From Fidelibacterota bacterium MT.SAG.2 (GTDB lineage: Bacteria; Fidelibacterota; SORT01): a stretch of 64,000 nucleotides of DNA. Positions 1-9,260 of this stretch are shown in pieces; the stretch's first letter is position 1, and every line of letters begins with the position of its first letter. The position numbers were made by a program, and so were the translations under genes. Where the stretch lies: assembly GCA_004402915.1 (NCBI GenBank), contig SORU01000006.1:9705-73704 (forward strand). The letters are read 5' to 3'. The notes under the pieces were generated by a model. The model searched no databases. It worked only from the letters and a program-made list of their open reading frames with translations, and was not told the origin of the DNA.

Positions 1-195
1 TTTTCCGGAACAATGGAAGAAGCAACGATAGTTCCTGAACCTAAGGAGATCCGCAACATTTCTATGCAGGAGATGGAGAAGGAACTGATAAGATCAACTC
101 TTGAGAAATATTACGGCAATCGCCGGAAGAGCGCCGAAGCTCTTGGGATAAGCGAAAGAACTCTTTACAGGAAGATAAAAGATTATGAGATTTAA
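1..195 (+). CDS. C-terminal fragment of a sigma-54-dependent (NtrC/Fis-type) transcriptional regulator; 5' end lies outside the window
   Basis: The frame is open from position 1. The tail NRRKSAEALGISERTLYRKIKDY is the classic Fis-type HTH that ends enhancer-binding proteins. Confidence 0.7.
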   Translation, partial: FSGTMEEATIVPEPKEIRNISMQEMEKELIRSTLEKYYGNRRKSAEALGISERTLYRKIKDYEI

Positions 196-679
196 TAATT
201 TTCTAATAGTAGCGGTCTGTGCAGCTGCTGCTGTCGGCTGCGGACCGTATTCTTTTTCCGGCTCTTCTATTCCATCGCACATTAAAAGTGTGGCTATTCC
301 TATCTTCGAGAACGAAACAGCCGAGTTCGGTATCAAGGAGAAGGTGACAGATGCGTTACTCGAAAATTTCATCAGCGAAAATATCTTAAAGATTTCAGAC
401 AAAAAGAATGCTGATTCGATCATTAGCGGTACTATTCTGAAAATCACTGATGTGCCATTCACTTTTGACGAAAACGAAATTGTGCAGGAATACCGGGTAA
501 CCATATATTTGAATCTTGTATGGCGCGATCAAGTAAAGGACAGCGATTTGTTCGATGGAAAGATAAATGGTTGGGGAGTATATCCGGCTGATTCACCCGA
601 AGAAAGAGATGAAGGAATCGAGAAGGCAATTGAACGATTGATCACGGAGATCACTAACAAGACGCTGTCGGGCTGGTAA
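185..679 (+). CDS. lptE: LptE-like LPS-assembly lipoprotein
   Basis: Signal peptide with lipobox AAVGC, followed by GPYSFSGSSIPSHIKSVAIPIFENET, the pattern typical of LptE-family lipoproteins. The start overlaps the upstream stop by 11 nt. Confidence 0.6.
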   Translation: MRFNNFLIVAVCAAAAVGCGPYSFSGSSIPSHIKSVAIPIFENETAEFGIKEKVTDALLENFISENILKISDKKNADSIISGTILKITDVPFTFDENEIVQEYRVTIYLNLVWRDQVKDSDLFDGKINGWGVYPADSPEERDEGIEKAIERLITEITNKTLSGW

Positions 680-702
680 TAACTATTGAAATAAGGAGGT
701 AA

Positions 703-1995
703 ATGAATAAAGTCTATATAGACAAATTATCGGGTCATGTGAATAAGGAAGTTCAGATTAACGGCTGGCTATATAATTCGAGGTCGAGTGGTAAGATTGC
801 ATTTTTAATGGTTAGAGACGGCAGCGGAATCATTCAAGGTGTTGTGTCCAAGTCCGATGTGTCGGAAGAGGTATTCACTTCAATAGGTGATCTCACTCAG
901 GAATCATCCCTTTCCATAATAGGTAAAATCGTGGAGGATAGCCGCTCCGAGAGCGGTTATGAAATGCATGTATCCGATATAATTATTCATCAAATAGCAG
1001 ACGAATACCCTATCTCCCTAAAAGAACATGGAACAAGTTTTTTAATGGATAACAGACATCTATGGGTTAGATCAAAAAAGCAAAACGCGATATTAAGGAT
1101 CAGGCATACTATAATAAAAGCTTGCAGAGATTTCTTAGATAATAATGATTTTATATTGGTAGATACCCCGATCTTCACTCCAACATCATGCGAGGGTACC
1201 TCTAATCTTTTTGAAACGGATTATTTTGGCAGGGTGGCTTATTTAGCGCAGAGTGGTCAATTATATAGCGAAGCAACTGCAGTCTCTCTCGGACGAGTTT
1301 ATTGTTTTGGCCCCACATTCAGAGCGGAAAAATCAAAAACAAGACGACATTTAACGGAGTTCTGGATGGTAGAACCTGAGGTCGCGTATGCTGATCTCAA
1401 CGATAATATGGAATTGGCAGAACGGTTTGTCGCATACATAGTGGAGCGTGTGCTTGAGATACGGAAGGAAGAATTGAAAATAATTGATCGGGACACATCA
1501 AAATTAGAAAATGTAGTACCTCCGTTTCCCCGAATTTCATATACAGATGCCGTCGAGAAGCTGAACTCATCAGGGCATAAATTTGAGTGGGGCGATGATT
1601 TTGGAGGAGAGGACGAGACGGTGCTTGCCGAGTTATTTGACAAGCCTGTATTAGTTCATCGTTATCCTGCCGCGATCAAGGCGTTTTACATGAAGCGAGA
1701 CGAGAATGATGAGAAATTGGCGCTCGGAGTCGACATGCTTGCGCCCGAAGGATATGGTGAGATAATCGGCGGCGGTCAAAGAGAAGATGATTATGATACT
1801 ATCTTAAAAAGATTAAAAGAACATAAACTTTCGGAGAAGGATTTCAAATGGTATCTTGATTTGAGGCGATACGGCAGCGTCCCGCATTCAGGTTTCGGTA
1901 TGGGTATCGAGCGCGCCGTGGCATGGATCTGTGGATTGAAGCATATACGGGAAACTATTCCCTTTCCAAGAACAACTCACAGACTCGAGCCGTAA
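703..1995 (+). CDS. asnS: asparagine--tRNA ligase
   Basis: 430 aa. Class II motif [21 protein letters not shown] is characteristic of AsnRS rather than AspRS. C-terminal [24 protein letters not shown] lies upstream of the ATG. Confidence 0.9.
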   Translation: MNKVYIDKLSGHVNKEVQINGWLYNSRSSGKIAFLMVRDGSGIIQGVVSKSDVSEEVFTSIGDLTQESSLSIIGKIVEDSRSESGYEMHVSDIIIHQIADEYPISLKEHGTSFLMDNRHLWVRSKKQNAILRIRHTIIKACRDFLDNNDFILVDTPIFTPTSCEGTSNLFETDYFGRVAYLAQSGQLYSEATAVSLGRVYCFGPTFRAEKSKTRRHLTEFWMVEPEVAYADLNDNMELAERFVAYIVERVLEIRKEELKIIDRDTSKLENVVPPFPRISYTDAVEKLNSSGHKFEWGDDFGGEDETVLAELFDKPVLVHRYPAAIKAFYMKRDENDEKLALGVDMLAPEGYGEIIGGGQREDDYDTILKRLKEHKLSEKDFKWYLDLRRYGSVPHSGFGMGIERAVAWICGLKHIRETIPFPRTTHRLEP

Positions 1996-2460
1996 ATGGT
2001 AGTGAGATCAGGTAGAAGAGTCGCAATCGGTGTCTTAGGCGGAAAAGATGTAGGAAATGATATTCGTCAGATTGCGGAGAATGTGGGGAACGGTATTGCA
2101 AAATTAGGCGGTATACTTGTTTGCGGTGGTATGGGCGGTGTTATGGAAGCAGCGTGCATCGGAGCAAAATCGAGAGATGGTCTCACCGTTGGAATTCTCC
2201 CCACGGCTTCAAAAGATGAAGGGAACCCATATCTTGATATAGTGATCGCTACCGGTATGGGAGGAGCAAGAAATTTGATCATTGCAAAATCTATTGACGC
2301 CGCAATTGCGATAGATGGGCAATACGGAACTCTTTCGGAAATAGCTTTTTGTTTAGAAGCCGGAGTAGCTGTGATCGGGCTGAATACATGGAATATTGAA
2401 GGAGTTATCGACGCTGATTCACCGGAAGACGCAGTTGCAAAAGCATTTGAGAACATTTAA
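1996..2460 (+). CDS. TIGR00725 / LOG-like Rossmann-fold protein
   Basis: GGMGGVMEAACIGA and IATGMGGARN ... GQYGTLSEIAF match the LOG/TIGR00725 family pattern. The ATG follows the asnS TAA with zero spacer. Confidence 0.65.
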   Translation: MVVRSGRRVAIGVLGGKDVGNDIRQIAENVGNGIAKLGGILVCGGMGGVMEAACIGAKSRDGLTVGILPTASKDEGNPYLDIVIATGMGGARNLIIAKSIDAAIAIDGQYGTLSEIAFCLEAGVAVIGLNTWNIEGVIDADSPEDAVAKAFENI

Positions 2461-2736
2461 ATGAATAGTTCGGGAATAAACGTAATCGTAAGCGGTGTAG
2501 TGCAAATGGTTGGGTATCGTTGGTTTGCGGTCAATTCAGCCAAAGAGCTACATCTGACCGGTTGGGTGAAGAATCTGGAGAATGGAACTGTGGAACTGAG
2601 GGCATTTGGACAGAAGGGTACATTGGATGCTTTTATCAAACAGTTGAGCATCGGTCCCATGCTCTCTAAAGTAACTAATGTCAACGTGCAGGGAATAGAG
2701 TACGAGTCAACATATAAAGATTTTTTGCTAAGATAA
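2461..2736 (+). CDS. acyP: acylphosphatase
   Basis: 91 aa. VSGVVQMVGYRWF ... LTGWVKNLENGTVE is the acylphosphatase signature. The ATG follows the upstream TAA with zero spacer. Confidence 0.85.
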   Translation: MNSSGINVIVSGVVQMVGYRWFAVNSAKELHLTGWVKNLENGTVELRAFGQKGTLDAFIKQLSIGPMLSKVTNVNVQGIEYESTYKDFLLR

Positions 2737-2743
2737 CATATAA

Positions 2744-4372
2744 TTGAAAGTAGCGATAGCCCAGATAGATACAACAGTCGGAGCATTAAAAGCTAATTCC
2801 GACAAAGCAATACAATATATAAGCGGAGCTTACGACGAGGGAGCAGATATTGTATTGTTGCCGGAAGCCACAATTACAGGATATATGGCGCTCGATCTAC
2901 TGTTCAACAAGGAATTCATCAAGGAGAACGTAGATGAATTACATCGGATAAAGGAAAATTCTCCGAAGGAGATCATTGTTGTTATCGGTTTTATTGAAGA
3001 AGAAAACGGTAAGCTGTATAATTCCGCAGCTGTGATTCAAAGTGGAGAGATCACCGGTATTGTCCGAAAGAGGAAGCTCCCGGTATATGATGTGTATAAC
3101 GAAGAAAGATACTATACAGCAGTTAGTTATACAAAACCAGTTAAAGTAAATAATAATGGTCGAAAGATTAAATTAGGAGTTCAAATCTGTGAAGATATGT
3201 GGGATGTAACGGACAATAACGTTACATCTCAGTTAGTTTCGGACGGCGCTGATTTGATTTTAAATATATCTGCCTCACCTTTTACCGTTGGTAAAAAGAC
3301 CGTAAGGGAACAATTGGTATCAAAACATGCAAAAGAGAACTCAATACCGTTTTTTTTCTGCAATTTAGTAGGTGGACAGGATGAAGTAGTGTTTGATGGG
3401 ACAAGCCTTGCGGCGGATACCAATGGAAATATAATACACATATCCCCTTCATTTAAAGAAGAACTTTCGGTAATTGAAATTGACTTGGAAAAAGCTGACC
3501 CAAATTCTAAAGTAAAACTATCGGAGCATGACCCGCTTGAAGACAGTTTCAATGCTATCAGACTTGGTATAAGGGATTATATTCTTAAAAGCGGTTTCGA
3601 TTCGGCAATACTTGGCCTTTCCGGTGGTGTCGATTCTTCACTTGTGGCTGTTTTGGCTGTGGAAGCTTTGGGACCGGAGAATGTAATCGCTGTTTCAATG
3701 CCTTCAAGATTTTCATCAGATCATAGCAGAACCGACGCGGAACTTCTTGCAAAAAATCTCAGAATAAATTTCAAAACAATTCCGATTGAAAAGCCGCATA
3801 AGGCTTTTTTGGAGATTCTTGAGAAAGATTTTCATGGAATGGATAAGAACGAAACGGAAGAAAACCTGCAAGCGAGAATCAGGGGTAATATTCTGATGGC
3901 ATTTTCAAATAAATTCGGACATTTACTTCTCTCAACAGGAAATAAGACTGAATTAGCTCTCGGTTATGCGACTATGTATGGTGATATGGCTGGCGGATTA
4001 GCTCCGATAAGCGATGTTTCAAAATCGCAAGTTTATCAATTGTGCAAATATTATAACGAATTAAAAGGAGAGGAGATTATTCCTTTGTCTGTACTGACTA
4101 AAAGACCCTCAGCGGAATTATCCGAAGCTCAGTACGATCCATTTGATTATGAGGTAATAAGTCCGCTCGTGGATGAACTGATTGAGAACGGCTTAACTAA
4201 AACTCAATTGTTGGAAAAAGGCTATGATGAAAACAGCATTGATAAGATAATTTCATTGATAAAGAATTCTGAATATAAACGCCGGCAAGCGCCTCCCGGA
4301 ATTAAAATTACGAGGAAAGCATTCGGCATCGGAAGGAGAATGCCGCTTATTAACCACTATGATAAAAGGTGA
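2744..4372 (+). CDS. nadE: glutamine-dependent NAD+ synthetase
   Basis: 542 aa. N-terminal carbon-nitrogen hydrolase domain (KVAIAQ..., ICEDMW) plus the PP-loop SGGVDSS of the NAD synthetase domain. TTG start. Confidence 0.9.
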   Translation: MKVAIAQIDTTVGALKANSDKAIQYISGAYDEGADIVLLPEATITGYMALDLLFNKEFIKENVDELHRIKENSPKEIIVVIGFIEEENGKLYNSAAVIQSGEITGIVRKRKLPVYDVYNEERYYTAVSYTKPVKVNNNGRKIKLGVQICEDMWDVTDNNVTSQLVSDGADLILNISASPFTVGKKTVREQLVSKHAKENSIPFFFCNLVGGQDEVVFDGTSLAADTNGNIIHISPSFKEELSVIEIDLEKADPNSKVKLSEHDPLEDSFNAIRLGIRDYILKSGFDSAILGLSGGVDSSLVAVLAVEALGPENVIAVSMPSRFSSDHSRTDAELLAKNLRINFKTIPIEKPHKAFLEILEKDFHGMDKNETEENLQARIRGNILMAFSNKFGHLLLSTGNKTELALGYATMYGDMAGGLAPISDVSKSQVYQLCKYYNELKGEEIIPLSVLTKRPSAELSEAQYDPFDYEVISPLVDELIENGLTKTQLLEKGYDENSIDKIISLIKNSEYKRRQAPPGIKITRKAFGIGRRMPLINHYDKR

Positions 4373-4374
4373 TC

Positions 4375-4896
4375 ATGACAGAACTCAGAAACTATATAAG
4401 GACGATAAATGACTTTCCAAAACCTGGTGTAGGATTTAAAGACATAACCACTCTTACCAGAGATCCTCACGGATATAAATTGTCCATTGACCTTATGATG
4501 GAGAAACTTGAAAATGTAGATATAGACTTGATACTCGGTATAGAATCCAGAGGGTTCATTTTCGGCGCAGCTCTTGCGGACAGGTTGGGAGTCGGATTGG
4601 ATCTGATCAGAAAAAAGGGGAAATTGCCGTCAACCACTGCCTCGGAGACCTATGAGTTAGAGTATGGTACAGATACGATAGAGCTGCATGAAGATTCATT
4701 TAAGAAGGGATCGAAGATAGTCATTGTTGATGATCTTCTCGCCACGGGGGGAACTATGGCCGCCTCAATAAATTTGGTGAAGAAGTTAGGCGGTGAGATC
4801 AGCTGTGTGCTATTCTTGATAGAATTAGGCTTCTTGAACGGGCGAGAAAAACTTGCTGCCGATAATATAATTTCCTTGGTCAATTATGCAGAATGA
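4375..4896 (+). CDS. apt: adenine phosphoribosyltransferase
   Basis: IRTINDFPKPGVGFKDITTL and the PRPP loop VIVDDLLATGGT. ATG at 4375 is preceded by AAAGG. An in-frame GTG at 4369 overlapping the nadE stop is an alternative start. Confidence 0.9.
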   Translation: MTELRNYIRTINDFPKPGVGFKDITTLTRDPHGYKLSIDLMMEKLENVDIDLILGIESRGFIFGAALADRLGVGLDLIRKKGKLPSTTASETYELEYGTDTIELHEDSFKKGSKIVIVDDLLATGGTMAASINLVKKLGGEISCVLFLIELGFLNGREKLAADNIISLVNYAE

Positions 4897-4915
4897 ACTT
4901 ACTTAATTTATAACT

Positions 4916-5398
4916 ATGGGTATCGCCGGATTAGCATCACTCTTAAAATGGGGTGTGGTAATTGTTTTGACAATCTCCGTCATTCCATTGGCTACACGCG
5001 ATGCTAATGCGCCTGACAAAGAATTTGAATTAACAGAAGAAGGTAAATTCGATCTCTCAGGTTACGAAATAACAATTTCGAAGTATAGAGTCAACAAAGA
5101 GATGTTGAACAGTAATATCATAAGAACCTATCGATTCAAAATCGAAAAAGGCGGTCGTTTGATAACGGAGCTATATGTTCAAAAACATTTTAGACCTGAG
5201 TGGGTAGAAAGTAACGATGCTTTAAAAGAATATACGTCCTGGGCATTAGAAGAAAAATCTTCAGAAGATTACGTTGTATTAAGAGAATATCCTCAGTTTC
5301 AACATTATATTCTTAATTTCCCGGCGAGGGATCTTGCTTTAGAAGACGTAAAAAATATAGTGATCGAAAGATATATCAAGGATCTTATTTTTAAATAA
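4916..5398 (+). CDS. hypothetical protein with N-terminal membrane anchor or signal
   Basis: 160-aa ORF with a hydrophobic N-terminus (WGVVIVLTISVIPL). I recognise no family. Confidence 0.5.
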   Translation: MGIAGLASLLKWGVVIVLTISVIPLATRDANAPDKEFELTEEGKFDLSGYEITISKYRVNKEMLNSNIIRTYRFKIEKGGRLITELYVQKHFRPEWVESNDALKEYTSWALEEKSSEDYVVLREYPQFQHYILNFPARDLALEDVKNIVIERYIKDLIFK

Positions 5399-5401
5399 TT
5401 A

Positions 5402-7766
5402 TTGAGTAATAAACTTCACAATTATCCAGCTCTTCTTGTTCTCTTTCCTCTTATAGGCGGGATAATATTTAAAAAGTTTTTTATTGGACTCGTCCATTCT
5501 TCACTGATACCTGTGTTACTTATTGTCGTTCTCGTTTTGATATACGTTATTTATGTTAAAAATGTAGGCAACTCTCTCTTAGTTGTGCCGATTTTTATAC
5601 TGGGATTTTTATCGACCGCTTATAATGAAAACAAATATCCCTCCTCACAATTTACAGCCATCATTAGCCAAGGCAATCTCTCTTTCATAGGAGAAGTGAA
5701 TAAAACCGACCGATATAAGCAAAGTATAGATCTACAAACAAATGCATTCATTCTCGAAAATGATTCTGTCCTTACAAAGCGTGTCAATTTACGCTTATTC
5801 CTTTCCGAAGACATGTTAAAGATCAAGGAGGGAGATTCAATTCTTGTTAATGGAAAGATTTCTATCCCGAAAAGAGAGAATAACCCGGGTGGTTTTAATT
5901 TCGTAAATTATTATAGGTCTGAAAGGATCGATGGCTTTATTAGAAATCGAGATCTTGTGTCAATTAAAGTATTATCTAATATTGCAAGCAGTAACGTTAA
6001 TATATTCAACATATTACATTATTCTATTCAAGAAAAGCTTGAAGCTCATTTATCGGTATCCAATGCTTCGCTAATCAATGCACTGCTTTTAGGTAACCGA
6101 GGCGGGTTGACAGAAGATTCCAAAGAGCTGTTCCGGAAAAACGGTGTGGTGCACCTCTTGGCTGTCTCGGGTTTACACGTTGGATATATCATCGTAATAT
6201 TGTTTCTTGCCGGTTCTGTCTTACAACTGAACAGGAAAATAATACTTTATCTTATTAGTGGGTATAATCTTTTACGCCGCCCTGTTAGGGTGGAAGACGC
6301 CTATAACCAGGGCGGTCATAATGGGATCAATTCTCTTGTTAGGAGGATTGACGGAAAGAAGGAGTATTCCTCTTAATTCGCTGGGAATCGCTGCATTGCT
6401 TATATTGATTTTCAATCCTTACGCGCTGTTCGAGGTTGGTTTCCAATTATCTTTCATGGCTGTCGGCTCGATATTATTTTTCAATATGCGTTATGGAGAT
6501 CTGATACCTCTTCCAAATCCTGTCAACCTTCCTAAGAAGTTATTGAGATGGGTGATAAAATTATCATTACTTACCCTTTATGCTCTAATAGGAACGATAC
6601 CATTAACTTTATTCCATTTCAACACTTTTTCTACCGGAGCATTTTTTCTTAATATTATTATCATTCCGTATGTGGGGATATTGATTGCGCTCAGCATAAT
6701 AGCCATAACGTTTTCTTATATCTATCAGCCGGTCGGCGCCGTATTCTTCACTTCGTTAGAAACCCTATCGAATCAGTTGATTGAAGTGCTTTTATTTTCG
6801 GTGAATAATCTGTCAAAAACGATTGTAATCGGATCGTTCCCATGGTTCTTACTCCTGTCAGTATTAGGCTTAGCTATTACTCTTGGTTTCGTTGCTACGG
6901 TCATTGGGCGTAAAAGAGTGATAATCTTTTTACTTCTTATTGCTAACATTATGATGTGGAGAGGCGCTGTGAGATTTCGGGGGAGCGAGGTTATATTCAT
7001 GGATGTAGGTCAAGGTGATGCAGCCTTCATTGAGGGATATGAATCAAAAAATATATTGATAGACAGCGGCAGATCGGACTTCGGAGTGAAATCAGGCAAA
7101 TATTCTATCACACCTTATCTAAATTCAAAAGGCATCAGCAGAATCAATTACCTTTTGCTTACGCATGCCGATGCTGATCACATTGGAGGAGTAAAATATC
7201 TCATAAATACTTTCGATGTTGACACGCTTCTGCTTGGCGTTTCTAACCCGAATTCCAACTCGTTTACAGAGATAGTAGATATTGCTAAAAATAGGAATAT
7301 CCCCCTCAAAAAAGTCATCTTGGGTGATCTGATCAAATTGGGGAATTATTCTGAAATTCAGGTATTGTATCCTCCCCGCAATTATATTACACCCGTGAAT
7401 AAAACAAGGAACAATTCATCGGTAGTAATAAAATATAGATTTGCGAATTCAACAATTTTATTTACGGCCGATATTGAAGCTCTTGCAGAAAAAAGAATTT
7501 CCGACTCAGAATTAAATTTGAAATCGAACTTGCTTAAAGTACCGCATCATGGCAGCAGATCATCGAGCAGCGAACTGTTTTTAGAGAAAGTATCACCATT
7601 GGACGCCATAATATCAGCCGGTGAAAATAATCCTTACGGTCACCCGTCTCGAGAAGTGCTCGATAGGTACGAGAAGAATGGAATCAGAGTTCATCGAACA
7701 GATAAAGATAATGCTCTGATTTTTCGTTCCGAGGGTGAAAAATATTCGCTTCATAAATGGAAGTAA
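5402..7766 (+). pseudogene. comEC: ComEC/Rec2 DNA internalization channel, split by a +1 frame change near 6243-6258
   Basis: ORF 5402..6376 carries the ComEC N-terminal OB/DUF4131-like part (NNPGGFNFVNYYRSERIDGF) and the start of the competence domain (HLLAVSGLHVGYI). ORF 6258..7766, in the next frame, continues exactly where ComEC should (YAALLGWKTPITRAVIMGS ... FQLSFMAV) and ends with the metallo-beta-lactamase domain (LLLTHADADHIGG, VPHHGS). The downstream frame only opens after a TAA at 6240-6242. Confidence 0.8.
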
Positions 7767-7776
7767 AGAGGGGAAT

Positions 7777-8451
7777 ATGATTAAGAATTATCATACGTTT
7801 CAATTGAAATATGTAACCCTATTTCTCGTAATATCATTTGCGTTAAACATTTCTGCTTGCACGGTACGACCACCATTACAAAATGAAGAGTGGGTTCAAC
7901 TCTCTCAGGAAGAGAAACGATTACTTTTTGAATCAATTCTGCAAGAACCCGAAAGGCCAACTGAACATTTGAAATATCTTTATATATTTGTTGGTGGTTT
8001 AGTTGCTTTCGTTGGATTGGGTGCGGCTTTTGAAGAAAAGAAAGGGAGCGGAATTTATCCATGGTTGGCATTTGTGAGTAGCTTCGGTGTTTTATGGACC
8101 GGAATGGGCGCATTAATTCAAAAAAATTATACTCAACAGAGAAAAAGAATTGCTTTGCGAGAATTAAAAATAATCAATCATCCTGAATGGCGGAAAGATA
8201 AAATCCGTGCGATAAGGGATGGAAGGATAGATATTGGTTACGAAGATGAGATGGTTACAGCTTCATGGGGTATCCCGCAGCTGAAGGTTCAGAATGTCAG
8301 TTATAACGGCTTGTTATATGAAGAGTGGACATATATCATCAAAAATAATACAAAAATATTTATCGACTCCGATAGAAAAGTTGCTATCATTCAAACTTCA
8401 GAGATGACTTATTTCAGAAAAGCATCCCAGCGGAGTGAGGGTATCAGATAG
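7777..8451 (+). CDS. hypothetical lipoprotein/membrane protein
   Basis: ATG at 7777 is preceded by AAGAGGGG. Signal peptide with lipobox-like NISAC, then two internal hydrophobic segments. I recognise no family. The longer ORF from 7735 overlaps the comEC end and is less likely. Confidence 0.5.
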   Translation: MIKNYHTFQLKYVTLFLVISFALNISACTVRPPLQNEEWVQLSQEEKRLLFESILQEPERPTEHLKYLYIFVGGLVAFVGLGAAFEEKKGSGIYPWLAFVSSFGVLWTGMGALIQKNYTQQRKRIALRELKIINHPEWRKDKIRAIRDGRIDIGYEDEMVTASWGIPQLKVQNVSYNGLLYEEWTYIIKNNTKIFIDSDRKVAIIQTSEMTYFRKASQRSEGIR

Positions 8452-8734
8452 GAATAATTCGATGATTCCTGAATTCTCATATTTAATAAATCTGACAAAT
8501 CAAGTTATGCAAATCTAAGAATTACTCAAAAATTTAGTACATTATTTTATCATGTTATTATAGTCATAAAGTCAGAATAAACAGATACATAAGCAGTCTA
8601 ATATCCTTTTAGGTAATCACCAGAAATTCGTGGCATCATATGTGCAATTGGAATATCTGCTTTAATTAAGTTATTGACTTCCGGGTTAGGGGGGGAGCCC
8701 GGTAGGCAATAAGGACTTCAACTAAAGCTACAAT

Positions 8735-8783
8735 AGCTGGTTGCGATAAAATCCTAAGTCTTTCGCAACCAGCTTTTAATTTT
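8735..8783 (+). terminator. rho-independent terminator-like hairpin in a long intergenic region
   Basis: Perfect 12-bp stem AGCTGGTTGCGA / TCGCAACCAGCT (8735-8746 with 8763-8774), a 16-nt loop, then TTTAATTTTA. Confidence 0.6.
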
Positions 8784-8834
8784 ATCCTTTCTAAATACTT
8801 TTTCTGTTATATTTAAATTCAAATTTGTGTATAA

Positions 8835-9224
8835 ATGCGGAGCTATATTATGACGACGGGAATTGAAAAAGACTTTCAAACAGGAGATACCGTTTGCCGG
8901 CAAGGTGATTCAGGCGAATATATTTATATTTTAAAGAAGGGTTCACTCGGAGTCTACAAGAATGATAACTTGGTATCGCAGTACCGAACTCCGGGTACGA
9001 TTCTCGGTGAAATGTCCATTATACTCGGTGAAGAAAGAACTGCTACTATAAAAGCGCTCTCTCCCTCAACAGTTTCTGTGATTCGAATTTCTTTGATAGA
9101 TATGGTAAGAAATTTTCCGTCATTTACAGTAAAGATATTACAAGTACTTGCCGAGAGATTAAGAGATACGACAGAAGAGCTGTCATCGTCTATTGTGGAA
9201 CACCAATTGGAAGATGATTTTTAA
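8835..9224 (+). CDS. stand-alone cyclic-nucleotide-binding (CAP effector) domain protein
   Basis: 129 aa. GDSGEYIYILKKGSLGV and the phosphate-binding cassette GTILGEMSIILGEERTATIKA (GE ... RTA). No DNA-binding or other output domain. An alternative ATG lies at 8850. Confidence 0.75.
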   Translation: MRSYIMTTGIEKDFQTGDTVCRQGDSGEYIYILKKGSLGVYKNDNLVSQYRTPGTILGEMSIILGEERTATIKALSPSTVSVIRISLIDMVRNFPSFTVKILQVLAERLRDTTEELSSSIVEHQLEDDF

Positions 9225-9260
9225 TAAATTGGACATTCCATCTAACAGACGATCATTTTG

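Noticed and set aside
6258-7766. Treating ORF 6258..7766 as an independent intact gene starting at GTG 6258
   Set aside because: Its first residues continue the ComEC competence domain mid-helix. The upstream ORF supplies exactly the missing N-terminal half, so a split gene is the simpler reading.
7735-7776. The longer start (ATG 7735) for the hypothetical lipoprotein
   Set aside because: It overlaps the comEC end by 32 nt. The ATG at 7777 has a GAGGGG ribosome-binding site and yields a normal signal peptide.
8600-8800. A known riboswitch class (c-di-GMP-I/II, preQ1, ZTP, fluoride, guanidine) in the leader of the cNMP-binding gene
   Set aside because: None of the conserved cores I know (for example ACGCAAAGC for GEMM-I) is present. 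It is kept only as an unclassified structured element in the findings.
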